Origin: an uncultured Candidatus Sumerlaeota bacterium | GTDB lineage: Bacteria > Sumerlaeota > Sumerlaeia > SLMS01 | Reading direction: 5' to 3' | NCBI GenBank assembly: GCA_964437365.1 | Contig: CAYTGM010000009.1 | Span: 80,444-144,443, forward strand | Length of the DNA: 64,000 nt | Shown: positions 28,037 to 38,484 of the stretch, piece by piece | Position numbering within the stretch: position 1 is the first letter of the stretch | How the letters are laid out: every line of letters begins with the position of its first letter | Notes under the pieces: generated by a model | The model's input: only the letters and a program-made list of their open reading frames with translations | The model's database searches: none | What the model was told of the DNA's origin: nothing | Program-made: the position numbers and the translations under genes

Positions 28037-28648
28037 ATGCATATGAACCCCAAGATGATGGATGTACCTTTTGTTGTTGAGCAGACCGATCGTGGTGAAC
28101 GCGCCATTGATATCTTCAGTCGCCTCCTTGTTGACCGAATTATTTTCATCGGAACGCCGATCAATGATACAGTGGCAACACTGGTAACTGCTCAGCTTCT
28201 GTTTCTGGAAGTTCAGGATCCGGAAAAAGATATTAATCTGTATATCAACTCTCCAGGAGGAAGTGTGACAGCCGGGCTCGCAATCTACGACACCATGCAG
28301 TTTGTAAAGCCAGACGTTGCGACGACATGTATTGGCCAGGCAGCCAGCATGGGTGCGGTTCTGCTTGCCGCGGGCGCGCCGGAGAAACGCTTCGCTCTTC
28401 CCAACAGTCGAATCATGATTCACCAGCCTATGGGTGGGATGCAGGGACAGGCCTCTGATATCGAGATACAGGCAAAGGAAATGCTCCGCATCAAATCAAT
28501 GCTGAACGAAATCCTCGCGAGACATACAGGCCAGACTCTGGATAAGATTGAGAAAGACAGCGATCGCGACAAGTTCATGTCTTCAGCAGAAGCCGTTGAA
28601 TACAAACTGATCGACAAGGTTGTTGAACCAAAAGAGTTAAAGAAGTAA
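28037..28648 (+). CDS. clpP: ATP-dependent Clp protease proteolytic subunit, paralog 2
   Basis: Canonical length (203 aa) with [33 protein letters not shown] and DRDKFMS. Confidence 0.9.
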   Translation: MHMNPKMMDVPFVVEQTDRGERAIDIFSRLLVDRIIFIGTPINDTVATLVTAQLLFLEVQDPEKDINLYINSPGGSVTAGLAIYDTMQFVKPDVATTCIGQAASMGAVLLAAGAPEKRFALPNSRIMIHQPMGGMQGQASDIEIQAKEMLRIKSMLNEILARHTGQTLDKIEKDSDRDKFMSSAEAVEYKLIDKVVEPKELKK

Positions 28649-28677
28649 TTACTTCAAGTTAACAATAGAAATAGAAA

Positions 28678-28718
28678 ACACCCGGGTATATATGATGAGC
28701 CCGGGTGTTTTGGTTTTT
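28678..28718 (+). terminator. Rho-independent terminator after clpP2, in a convergent gene gap
   Basis: CACCCGGG-(13 nt)-CCCGGGTG followed by TTTTGGTTTTTT. Confidence 0.75.
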
Positions 28719-28749
28719 TAGCTGATATGCTCTCTCTGCATAGTGGGCT

Positions 28750-29130
28750 TTATTCCTTCAACCAACTCAGAGCTTCGTCCTCTTCCTCAAAATACTTCAC
28801 TTCGCCAGTGATAAACCATGAACCAACTTTTGAGATGATCTGCTGCCAGTTCTTGTTTCCGTATATCGCAATTTTTTCAAATTCATTGCCGTGCTTGAGT
28901 CCGATCTTAAAATCATCCCAGGCCGCTCGCAATTCCCAGCCTTCCATTTCAGTTCCGTCAATGATCGCTTTGATTTTGGGCTCTTTAACACCTTCCAGTG
29001 CTGAATCAATGAGCGGGGTGATCTTCTCATAGTCTTCGTGCGTGAGTTTCCCAACAGCTTTGAGCTTCAGGAAGAAATGGAGACCTGATCGCTCGATACC
29101 AATGGATATACCGTGTTGATCTTTACTCAT
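28750..29130 (-). CDS. STAS/SpoIIAA-like domain protein (STAS_2/DUF3478-type)
   Basis: 126-aa acidic protein. The LHFFLKLKAVGKLTHEDYE pattern resembles SpoIIAA-like STAS_2 proteins. Confidence 0.45.
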   Translation of the reverse strand: MSKDQHGISIGIERSGLHFFLKLKAVGKLTHEDYEKITPLIDSALEGVKEPKIKAIIDGTEMEGWELRAAWDDFKIGLKHGNEFEKIAIYGNKNWQQIISKVGSWFITGEVKYFEEEDEALSWLKE

Positions 29131-29226
29131 GGAACTAACCTCCAGTCTGAACGAAATGTTTCCTCACTTCAACATAAGAGTATCAGGACTCAGAGCAAAC
29201 GTCGAGAGATTAGTTGGAAAGGAGTA

Positions 29227-30165
29227 TTACCGCGACGAAGGATCAATGGCGTCGCGCAAGCCATCTCCAAAGAGGTTAAAAGCAAGCATTGTAATACTGA
29301 TCGCAATAGCTGGATAGATCAAAATATGGGGAGCCATGATGATATAAGGCCGACCTTCCTCTGCCAGCGTTCCCCAGCTCGCCTGAGGAGCACTCACCCC
29401 AATCCCGACAAAGGCGAGAAAACTCTCGATGAAGATTGCCTCGGGGATCGCGAGAGTCGCTGCAACCGCGAGAGGACCTGCGCAGTTCGGAAGAACGTGT
29501 TTCAAGAGAATCAGTCTGCTGCTTTGCCCGAGCGACTTCGCCGCCATCACGTAATCAAGCTTGGCCTGGTTAATTACCTCACCTCGGGTGAGACGTGCCA
29601 TGGTCAGCCAGTTTGTTAATCCCAGTGCGAGGTAGATAGACATCAGGTCTGGCGAGAGCAGTAAGGGGAGATCGTCTCGACTGCCGATCAGGTTTTCGAT
29701 CGGTTCCTTAACAAAGACCTGGAGAAGAATGACCACGAGCAGAAGGGGAATACTGTAGAGAATATCGACGCCGCGCATCAGGGCCGTATCGATCCATTGA
29801 ACGCTTCGACGTGGGCTTGAGTAGCTCCAACCGGCCAGCGTACCGACCCCGATTCCGATGATGAGGTTAATAATACAGCTGACGAATCCAACCGCGAGAC
29901 TGATACGTGCACCGTCAAGCAGTCGGGCGAAGAGATCTCGCCCCTGGGCGTCAGTGCCTGCGGGGTATTGCCAGCTGGAGGTTTGTGGATCGTTGATCAG
30001 TTCTTTGTTGATGGAGCTGGAATCAACACCATAGATGATCGGGCCAAAGGTAGCAATCAGCACGATCAAGACGATACAGACCAGCGACACAACAGCGATT
30101 TTGTTGCGAACGAATCGAGCTAGCCCGGGGTAACGGCGGCGCCAGGTTTCCTTAGGCAGCACCAT
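29227..30165 (-). CDS. ABC transporter permease, oligopeptide/dipeptide DppC/OppC-like
   Basis: GTDAQGRDLFARLL N-terminal motif and the conserved EAA-loop region (MAAKSLGQSSRLILLKHVLPN). Six TM segments. Confidence 0.75.
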   Translation of the reverse strand: MVLPKETWRRRYPGLARFVRNKIAVVSLVCIVLIVLIATFGPIIYGVDSSSINKELINDPQTSSWQYPAGTDAQGRDLFARLLDGARISLAVGFVSCIINLIIGIGVGTLAGWSYSSPRRSVQWIDTALMRGVDILYSIPLLLVVILLQVFVKEPIENLIGSRDDLPLLLSPDLMSIYLALGLTNWLTMARLTRGEVINQAKLDYVMAAKSLGQSSRLILLKHVLPNCAGPLAVAATLAIPEAIFIESFLAFVGIGVSAPQASWGTLAEEGRPYIIMAPHILIYPAIAISITMLAFNLFGDGLRDAIDPSSR

Positions 30166-30209
30166 CGTCTTCTGGGTCTCAGTAGGACTGGCAGGAGGCG
30201 AAGCGGAAC

Positions 30210-31259
30210 TCAGGTCTGTGCTCCTCTTTCGCGCTGTTTGATCTGTTGAAGAAGCCTGTTCATGGCAGTATGGTTAGGAAACTGATTCATTAACTCTTCA
30301 CATAGTAATCGAGCAGCAAGGGGTTGTTGCAGCTCGTATAAACTTTGAGCCAGGAGATAGCCTGCCTGGGCCTCGTAATCCGTATGAAAACTCAGAGAGT
30401 CTCTTGTGCGCTGCACAACTTGAGCAATCTGTTCCGGTCCGTCAAGCTTGGCTCTTTGAAAATTTACAAGAATAGATTGTGGAGAAAACTCTCCGGCAAG
30501 CGCGAGGTGTTTCCGGGCCTCTTTCTGATCTGAATCAGAAACTTCCTTTAGTGTCGCCAGCCATAAATGGGCTGAACCGCTTGGCAACCCTTCTTTCATC
30601 GAATCCTCGAACAGCTTCGCCACATGATGAGGCACCTCATCAGTCATCAAAGCATGGAGTCCTTTGCGGAATGTCAGCCACTGCTCGTTCGATGAGAGGT
30701 GCTCCTGATCGACAAAGAACCGATCAACTTCGAGCAGCTTCCCGTCTGAATCCATGATAAAGATGGTATGAGCGGGCTCATTCATTCTGAAGTTAGATTC
30801 GATCACCAGATCCCGGCCCTTCCTCGGCAGACTGATGAATGTTAAAGTACTGGCCAGCCGACTTTTCTCAGGTATATCATCATGGTAACTCCCCAGCAGC
30901 ATCTGGTGCTCAATTGAAAGGAGAGTATTATCTGTCCCCTCATGCATGGGAAGGATCAGCTGCTGTGAACAGGCAATAGGCTGACTGGGGTTTTGGTAGG
31001 GTGTCCAGAATGACACCAGCAGATCAGGGGTATTATCTTCCAGAATAGATTTCAGAATTCGCCGCTGCTCAATAAGAGCCTGACGCTTCCGAGCGATGCG
31101 ATTCTTGAGACTGACAGAATCAACAGGGGGATCATCAGAGTGAATCTCAAGAAGCATACGTGTCTGTTGCTGATGGGGATGACGCTTCATCCCCCAGATC
31201 AGGAGGAACCCAACAATGCCCAAAACGAGGGTAACAGCTATCCAGTGGAGAAGAATCAC
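30210..31259 (-). CDS. Hypothetical membrane-anchored protein with C-terminal TPR-like helices
   Basis: N-terminal TM helix. No catalytic motifs. Confidence 0.45.
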   Translation of the reverse strand: MILLHWIAVTLVLGIVGFLLIWGMKRHPHQQQTRMLLEIHSDDPPVDSVSLKNRIARKRQALIEQRRILKSILEDNTPDLLVSFWTPYQNPSQPIACSQQLILPMHEGTDNTLLSIEHQMLLGSYHDDIPEKSRLASTLTFISLPRKGRDLVIESNFRMNEPAHTIFIMDSDGKLLEVDRFFVDQEHLSSNEQWLTFRKGLHALMTDEVPHHVAKLFEDSMKEGLPSGSAHLWLATLKEVSDSDQKEARKHLALAGEFSPQSILVNFQRAKLDGPEQIAQVVQRTRDSLSFHTDYEAQAGYLLAQSLYELQQPLAARLLCEELMNQFPNHTAMNRLLQQIKQRERGAQT

Positions 31260-31404
31260 GTTCTCGAACTTCTTTCTTCGAGTTACATTTTGAGTACGCT
31301 TTCATTTACCTGGCGAATCGCAATGGACAACGAACGTGTCATATTCGAAGTTGATAACTCAAGAGAATAAACGAGAAGCGAAAGACAATCAGGAGGCTCT
31401 GAAA

Positions 31405-32910
31405 TCAGGCCCTCTTCCAAATAGTCTCACCTGGTTTGTCCTCAAGAGTGATGCCGATGGCGGATAATTTGTCTCTCACCTGATCGGCGAGCTGAAAGTT
31501 CTTCTCTTTGCGCGCCTTCGTTCTTTCGTCGATCAGTAGTTGAATCAGGTCAGGGGGATTCAGGCTTTCAGAACCCTGATCGAATCCTTCGACCAATTCT
31601 TGAACAAGAGCTTTCAGGTTTTCTGTAGATTCTTCGTCAAAAGTGTCATCGGGCAGCTCCAGTTCTGGCGATAAACCGAGTACCTCACGGAGATCCTGAA
31701 GGAGCGCGAGACTTCGCGCGAGCTTTGTGGAAGGCATTTGTCCATTCTCAACTTCAGTCCGGACCGTGTTCACATGGGTAACAAGCTTAGACAACTCCCC
31801 GATGGCCATAGGGGTATTAATGTCGTCATTCATTGCTGCGGTAAAGTCGTCGTTGAACTGGCAAAGGTCCTCTTCGGATTTCCAGTGCTCGTCCATTGTC
31901 TGTCCTGAGAGAGTGCGGGCGGCCTCGCGGCAGGCGTTAACGATTCTTTCCACGGCACTCTGGCACTTGTGCAGATTGTCTTTTGAGAAATCGAGCTTAT
32001 CGCGATAACGGGCACTGATCAGAAAATAGCGAAGTGTCAGCGGATCGATCAGAGTCAGGATATCATCGAGAACCTTGAAGTTTCCAAGAGACTTTGACAT
32101 CTTTTCGCCGTCGATATCCAGCATCCCATTGTGGAGCCAGTAGCGGGCGAACTCCTTCCCGGTGGCCGCTTCACTCTGGGCAATTTCGTTCTCGTGGTGG
32201 GGAAAGCGGAGATCAACTCCACCCGCATGGATGTCCAGAGTCTCTGAATTCAGGGCTTTCATGGACATACAGGAACATTCGATATGCCATCCCGGGCGAC
32301 CTTCACCCCAGGGTGATTTCCAGGCGGGTTCGCCTGGTTTAGCGGCTTTCCACAGACAAAAGTCCATGGGACTCTTTTTAAGTTTTTGTTGATCGGCATC
32401 AATCCGTTCGCCCTGTCTCATCTGGTCGAGCGGCATTTTAGAGAGCTTCCCATAGTCCTTAAAACTCGCGACCTCGAACCAGACTGAACCATCGTCTGTT
32501 GGGTACGCATGACCTTTATCAACCAGCTTCTTGATGAGGCCGATAATGGCGCCGATATGGGTGGTGGCTTTGGGGTTAGCCGTAGCCTGAAGATTACCCA
32601 GCTGCTTCAGCTTCTCAAAAAAATACGCCGTATACTTCTCAGTAATTGCTTCAGTGCTGACACCCTCTTTATTTGCCCTATCGATAATTTTATCATCAAC
32701 GTCGGTGATATTCTGGACGTAATCAACCTCGTATCCTGACTTCATGAGCCAGCGTCGAATCACGTCGAAAACGACGAAATTTCGGGCATTTCCGATATGA
32801 AACTCTCCGTAAACTGTGGGTCCACAGTTGTAGAACAACACCTTGGGCGGTTTGAGAGGCTTGAATTCTTCTTTTTGACGCGTAATCGAGTTGTAAAGTA
32901 GCAGGGCCAT
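31405..32910 (-). CDS. cysS: Cysteine--tRNA ligase (ATG at 32908-32910 chosen by homology; the ORF extends to a TTG at 32991)
   Basis: Class-I aaRS motifs HIGNAR and KMSKSLGN. The N-terminus MALLLYNSITRQKEEF matches the canonical CysRS start. Confidence 0.85.
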   Translation of the reverse strand: MALLLYNSITRQKEEFKPLKPPKVLFYNCGPTVYGEFHIGNARNFVVFDVIRRWLMKSGYEVDYVQNITDVDDKIIDRANKEGVSTEAITEKYTAYFFEKLKQLGNLQATANPKATTHIGAIIGLIKKLVDKGHAYPTDDGSVWFEVASFKDYGKLSKMPLDQMRQGERIDADQQKLKKSPMDFCLWKAAKPGEPAWKSPWGEGRPGWHIECSCMSMKALNSETLDIHAGGVDLRFPHHENEIAQSEAATGKEFARYWLHNGMLDIDGEKMSKSLGNFKVLDDILTLIDPLTLRYFLISARYRDKLDFSKDNLHKCQSAVERIVNACREAARTLSGQTMDEHWKSEEDLCQFNDDFTAAMNDDINTPMAIGELSKLVTHVNTVRTEVENGQMPSTKLARSLALLQDLREVLGLSPELELPDDTFDEESTENLKALVQELVEGFDQGSESLNPPDLIQLLIDERTKARKEKNFQLADQVRDKLSAIGITLEDKPGETIWKRA

Positions 32911-33172
32911 GACGTTGATAACTTGAGTTCCATTAATCTTCTGAGGAATGATGGGGTTGGTGAGGTAGTCAAACAGGCGGGTTGATGGCAAGCCGTACTT
33001 TCATTTCCAGAAGGGAGCCGGCACTGGGAGCACCCCTCGAGCGAGGATGAATTAAAAGAAAATGCCGCAAATTCAAGCATTTCTGTGTTGCGACTCAGGG
33101 CATTTTGTTTCCTGATGCTGGAAAGTTTCAACTCTGGAAAATCCAGAAAATCCATGTGAATGGGGCAGCCCG

Positions 33173-35956
33173 TTGAAGTTATCACGAACCGAACGAATTC
33201 CTGGCTGGTTACTGATCGTCGTTTTTCTGATCAGTTCGATCAGCACGACCGCACTTTCACAAGATCTCATCACCATCGGCGAAGAGCCGGATACTCCCAC
33301 TTCAGGTCCCTTTGGCGGTGTCCAGAATCTTCCCGATGCGCAAGACCGTTACAACTTTCGAGCTGAAGAAGGACTCGTCTTTGAAGGGAACGTAGCTTAC
33401 GGTGAAGGTCGCACAACCGTAGACTATGAAGAGTTCACCATGGAAGCGGATAAGATGGTGATCGACCTGACATCGGGTAATATCAGCGCAGAAGGTAACG
33501 TGATCTTCGAAGGCCCGACAGAATTCGTTCGCGCCGAGCGAGGTAAATTCAATCTATATACATCCGAGGGCGCAGCATTCGGTCTCGATGGTCAACAGTC
33601 AGATTTCTATTTCAAAGCTATTTGGGATGAGGAAAAGAACGGACCATCCTTTCGCCAGATAGACGAACAGACTTCAATTTTTCGTGGCAGCTATGTCACC
33701 ACAAGTTCCTTCCCTAAACCACAATACTACATTGCTTCTCAGGAAATCTTTTTCGTTAAGAATGAGCGCGTATTCTTCAAGAACCCTGTTCTGTGGGTGC
33801 GTGGCGTTCCTGTCATGTGGCTTCCATATTACTCACGCTCACTGACAGGTGGTTCCCCGTGGTCGTTTGAGTTTGGTTACGGAACTGAGTTTGGTGCTTA
33901 CGGCCGCTTAGGATACCGATATATCCATCAACATAAAGTGCCCTCTTTTGATGATCCTGAGGAATACGTGACCCGTTCCCACGGTCAGTTGGATGCGTTT
34001 CTCGACTGGTACTCGCGCCGCGGTACAGGATTCGGCGGTCGCTATACCTACCAGATCAACGAAGGACAGCATGTCGGCTATGTTGAGGCCTACGGGATTC
34101 GTGATCGAGAACGAGATCTCGAAGCTCAAGGACAGGAGCCCGAGGACGAGGAAGAACGCTGGGTTTATCGCCACAGAAATAATTCACAGATTATTGAAAA
34201 CAACCTCTACCTTCAGTTCGACATCGATGAAGTCAGTGATCCTGATGTCTACACAGACTTCCTTGACCGCTGGGCTGTTGATGGCGATTTCGAGAGAGGT
34301 CGTATGTTCGAGCGTGGCATGGAAGGCGCCATCACCTACCGCGATGACAATATGATTGCTCGCGTTGGTGCAGAACAGAAAGAACGCCTCGGCCGTGATA
34401 CCTATCAGGATCCTTCAGAACCAGGATCAGACGATTTGGATTTCGAACCAGACCTTCTCTTCCTTCTTCCAACAGATCCCATGGATCCTGAATACGACCC
34501 GATCGTTGAAGAAGATTTCGACGAAGATGGAATTGCAAGAAACCGCTTCGGCCGCGTTCGCGAGAATGTCTATGGCAAGCTCGCTTCACGCATGCTGAAC
34601 ATTGCAGGACAGAACCCCTTGTATGTCGACGGTAACGCCCGAGCCTTTAACAGTCTCGATAAAGGCCTCAACCCTGTTGATACAAGTGATGATACAAGAG
34701 TGCGTGGCGCAGACATCTTTGGCCAGGTCACACATCGTCTCCGGTTCGGAGAACGAACAACCTGGTTAAACTCCGTCGGGGCTGGCGCTGCTTCCTACAA
34801 AAGAGAAGACAGCATCCTCCTTCCTGAAGATGACATTAATGAAGCCGCCATCAAAACAGGCGAGGACATGTTCACCATCATTCCTCCCGAGCAGATGACC
34901 TATCCCGAACTTGGTGAAGGTGAAGAGTATGTGATTCCGGATGCACGCTTTGCAGATGAGGAAACTCTTATCCTCGGCGGTGAAGGGACGAGCACCGTTT
35001 CCTTCAACGACGCAGACAACACCTACTATTTCGGACAGCTTGATTCAAGGCTGAGTCACCGCTTCACAGAATTCCTGCAGGCGTATATCAGGTACTTTAT
35101 CCGTGAAGGCACTGATGACAGCCTTGGTGAAGTTTATGAGAGAATGGGTTATCAGGAAGCTTTCGAAGACGTTCATGATTTCTACACGAACCGTCACTTT
35201 GTCGAAGGCAATGCAAGCTACTTCCTCCGCTATCCAAACATCATTGTGAGTGTTCTGGCTCGTGAAAACCTCCAGTCAGGCGAGGATATTTATCCGAACG
35301 AACAGCTTCGCCTCGTGAGTTCTGGTATCACATATATCAGCCAGGAGCGTGATTTCCGAGCGCAGATCATCACCTTCTACGAAGAGCGTCAGATCCGCGA
35401 TCGTGACGATCCTAATAATTACGAGCAGCCAACCCTTGGCGGAAATATCGTCCTGCGCTATTTTCCCAAGCACTATCGTTACTGGGCACAGTTAATCACC
35501 AGCTGGTCACATCGACTTGAAGAAGACCCCGTCCAGCAGAGCGCCCAGGTTCGGCGTCGCTTTGATGAAGAAGATACAGAATTCATCATCGAACCAACAA
35601 TCGGACGTCAATTTGGTCCAAAGTACAAAGTTCAGGTCGGAGGTCGCTACAATACCCGTTACCAGATCTGGGACGAAGCTGGCATAACCATCATTCGAGA
35701 TCTTAAAGACGCCGAGTTCGGTATCTTTATGGGCGTCACCAACAATGAAAATGCGGCGCGTGAGAAAGAGGACGAGAATGATGAAGAGATTGCAGAAGCG
35801 GGCGATACAGATTTCGATGAGGATCGCGAGACGGTCTACGAGTTTGATGTCCGTGTGAACTTCCGATTCAAGATCGGTCGTGACGATCCAGGGCTCGGCC
35901 AGCGCTCTGTCATGACTCTCGGAGACGTGGAGCGCGAATCACAATTCGTCCAGTAA
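33173..35956 (+). CDS. lptD: LPS-assembly protein LptD-like outer-membrane protein (OstA N-domain plus large beta-barrel)
   Basis: Signal peptide. N-terminal OstA-like segment (EADKMVIDLTSGNISAEGNVIFEG). Length 927 aa with alternating beta-strand pattern and aromatic-rich C-terminus. Confidence 0.55.
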   Translation: MKLSRTERIPGWLLIVVFLISSISTTALSQDLITIGEEPDTPTSGPFGGVQNLPDAQDRYNFRAEEGLVFEGNVAYGEGRTTVDYEEFTMEADKMVIDLTSGNISAEGNVIFEGPTEFVRAERGKFNLYTSEGAAFGLDGQQSDFYFKAIWDEEKNGPSFRQIDEQTSIFRGSYVTTSSFPKPQYYIASQEIFFVKNERVFFKNPVLWVRGVPVMWLPYYSRSLTGGSPWSFEFGYGTEFGAYGRLGYRYIHQHKVPSFDDPEEYVTRSHGQLDAFLDWYSRRGTGFGGRYTYQINEGQHVGYVEAYGIRDRERDLEAQGQEPEDEEERWVYRHRNNSQIIENNLYLQFDIDEVSDPDVYTDFLDRWAVDGDFERGRMFERGMEGAITYRDDNMIARVGAEQKERLGRDTYQDPSEPGSDDLDFEPDLLFLLPTDPMDPEYDPIVEEDFDEDGIARNRFGRVRENVYGKLASRMLNIAGQNPLYVDGNARAFNSLDKGLNPVDTSDDTRVRGADIFGQVTHRLRFGERTTWLNSVGAGAASYKREDSILLPEDDINEAAIKTGEDMFTIIPPEQMTYPELGEGEEYVIPDARFADEETLILGGEGTSTVSFNDADNTYYFGQLDSRLSHRFTEFLQAYIRYFIREGTDDSLGEVYERMGYQEAFEDVHDFYTNRHFVEGNASYFLRYPNIIVSVLARENLQSGEDIYPNEQLRLVSSGITYISQERDFRAQIITFYEERQIRDRDDPNNYEQPTLGGNIVLRYFPKHYRYWAQLITSWSHRLEEDPVQQSAQVRRRFDEEDTEFIIEPTIGRQFGPKYKVQVGGRYNTRYQIWDEAGITIIRDLKDAEFGIFMGVTNNENAAREKEDENDEEIAEAGDTDFDEDRETVYEFDVRVNFRFKIGRDDPGLGQRSVMTLGDVERESQFVQ

Positions 35957-35980
35957 ACTTAAGCATCAGAACTTAACCGG

Positions 35981-36024
35981 TCACCCTCGAGGAGATTTGC
36001 TTCCTCGAGGGTGATTTTCTTTTC
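35981..36024 (+). terminator. Rho-independent terminator after the lptD-like gene
   Basis: TCACCCTCGAGGA-(8 nt)-TCCTCGAGGGTGA followed by TTTTCTTTTC. Confidence 0.75.
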
Positions 36025-36387
36025 AGAGGAAGCTTGATCTCTAAAAGATTCCAGCAAGCGATAAGAGATTTATATTAGAGCTGATGGTTGTGGGGACTAA
36101 AATAGAACCCAAAGGCCATCATTGTGAATTTAAGAATCCCCGATTTTCAGGTCAAACCGGGTGTCCTGCCTTTGCTCTACCTCTGTTCGATGTCTGACGG
36201 ACGTCTCAAGTCGTAGGTAAGACGTAGATAAGACGTCGGACAGACGTCCGTCATCGGGTGAAGGTGCAGGTTGAAAACCTCGTGAGTTGACTGGCACGGG
36301 AAGAGGGATCTCTCAGCAGGGACCCAATGGTCAGGAGACGTGGAAAACTTGATGCAGCAAGCATCTCATGAGCAGGACTTCTGAAGG

Positions 36388-37989
36388 TCACTCTAGATTA
36401 TACTTCAGCATCTCAACCTTATGAGAATAGGTTTCTTCGTCCGTTCCCTTTCTAAGTAACTTTTTGAGGCGTACCATGGAATCACTGTCCTTTGTGTAAC
36501 GGAAGATTTCGTCCGGTTCACCTGATGCGATCCTCAGCCTTTCCAGCATCCTTGTGTCATCCGATAGAGCCCCCTTCTCTCGAGCACCTCTGATATAGAA
36601 CAGTGTTCCTTCATGGGGAAGATCTTCTGAGAAGAAGTCTTCTAATTCTTCTTCCATTTCAAGTTCTCGAAAGCCATGATAGATGGCGATGTCATCGAAG
36701 TAATACCAGCCTCGGTATCCCATGACCCAGCTATCAACGACAACGTAGACGGGCTTGCTCTCAGCAGACTTGACCTCTTCAACCATCTCGCCCCACTCGA
36801 TACGAAACGTCCAATTGTTATTTTCAGAGAACGTATAGATATGATAAACGGAATAGAGTGCTGGGAGAAAATAAAAGAAGCCTGTCGGAATGAGAATCTT
36901 TTTTGAAAAAAACGATATGAAGTAAACAATAATCACGATCATCAGTGGGGTGAGAAACGATAGACGTTCCCCATAGGCCATGACAGGCAGGTCTGGAAGG
37001 AAAAAGTAGAGAGTGAGGAAGCAGAGAGGCCCCATTGATACAATGATACAGAAAAGAAACTTAATAAACGCCTCACTTTCAAAGTCATCCTTCCTCGTGG
37101 CTGCAGAGATTAAACTATAGAGTACAAGGCAAATTGAGAGACCGACAGCCAGCAGTCCTGTTCCAACCAGGAACAGATGACTGATTTCAAGCGTATATCC
37201 AAAGAAGGCACTGTAGCCAAAGTAACCCAGGGCCATGATTGTTTCTTTCAATGTCATTGAGGACGAAACAGTTTCCTCATGATGAACAGTCAGACGCACA
37301 ATAAGAAAATAGATCTGTGGGATGTAGAGGATACTTGTCGAAGCCTGTAGAATAAAGAGCTGAAGCCCGGCATATATCCGTTTTCTAAGCCACCCGATCA
37401 ACCCCCACAGTCCCAGTATGGCGACGATGATCACACCAAGGTAATTCACATAGGCGAGAAATGTTGAGGCAAGAAAGAGCGCAGCGGCATTCCCTCTTTG
37501 TTGCCGTAGAGATCGATCATTCTTCACGAGGTTCCAGAAGAGGGCGAAACAGAGAATCGCCAGAAAATTCATCAGCGAGAAGTATTTGAAGAGCCTGTAA
37601 AGAAACAGATGATAGGGGGAGAGCACCAGAAGGATGATCGAAAGAGTGGCGACAGAGGAGGAGAGGTTTTGTCTAACCCAGATCGCAAAGGTTATCCAGG
37701 TCGCGAGCGCAAAAGGTAGAGAACTCAATCTGATAGCCAGAGGGCCGAGCCCGAAGACACCTGTCCAGCTCTTAATATAAATGAAATAGCCAGCTGGGTA
37801 ATTATCCTGTGCGAGAATTTTCCACATGTGCCTCCAGCTGTCATGGACCCGGAAGACATAGGCAGCCTCGTCGTTAGATAGTGGCGCATCATCAAGGCGC
37901 AGAGTGATGAGAATGGTTCCGATGGCGAAGAGGAGAAGGTCGATGGGTCGCAGACCAAAGAGAAATGTCTTTTGCTTGGGGGTTTCCAT
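36388..37989 (-). CDS. GT-C fold membrane glycosyltransferase, ArnT/PMT-like (GT39/GT83 family)
   Basis: N-terminal LDDAPLSNDEAAYVF (DE-motif loop) followed by ≥10 TM helices. Length 533 aa. Confidence 0.55.
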   Translation of the reverse strand: METPKQKTFLFGLRPIDLLLFAIGTILITLRLDDAPLSNDEAAYVFRVHDSWRHMWKILAQDNYPAGYFIYIKSWTGVFGLGPLAIRLSSLPFALATWITFAIWVRQNLSSSVATLSIILLVLSPYHLFLYRLFKYFSLMNFLAILCFALFWNLVKNDRSLRQQRGNAAALFLASTFLAYVNYLGVIIVAILGLWGLIGWLRKRIYAGLQLFILQASTSILYIPQIYFLIVRLTVHHEETVSSSMTLKETIMALGYFGYSAFFGYTLEISHLFLVGTGLLAVGLSICLVLYSLISAATRKDDFESEAFIKFLFCIIVSMGPLCFLTLYFFLPDLPVMAYGERLSFLTPLMIVIIVYFISFFSKKILIPTGFFYFLPALYSVYHIYTFSENNNWTFRIEWGEMVEEVKSAESKPVYVVVDSWVMGYRGWYYFDDIAIYHGFRELEMEEELEDFFSEDLPHEGTLFYIRGAREKGALSDDTRMLERLRIASGEPDEIFRYTKDSDSMVRLKKLLRKGTDEETYSHKVEMLKYNLE

Positions 37990-38484
37990 GGAAGCATCCG
38001 GTAAGTGCAGGTTTATCTAGTGAGCAGGAGTGGTTTTGGCGGGCAAGAGAGATAGCTCTGGTGGGAGTATCTGTACGGGATGTGGAAGGAGTGAATGGCT
38101 TATGAACGAGTGTTTTCAAAGAGGGAAATGATGGTACTCATTCTAACTTTCTGGACGAATTCTCCTTTATTTAAAAAACCTCCAAACCGATTCTAACGGC
38201 AGACGGTCAATCTAAACAGCACGGTTGAGCGGAAGCCGCTCCTTCTAACGTCACAGGGTTTTCCCGAAGTTTATAATGATTTGGGGGGAACACTTTCAAG
38301 CCCAGAGAGTCTACAGGGGGTCCTCTGGGCTTTCTTATAGTTTTATAGACATTTTTTAATCCGCTTCTGCTCTCTCTGTTCGACTTACCTCAAATAAACT
38401 ATTGCAACCCTCTTGCTTTTAGATAGGCTTATCTTGTGATCATCGCAATCACCCGAATCTATTTTAAAGGCAAAGAAGGGCGTC

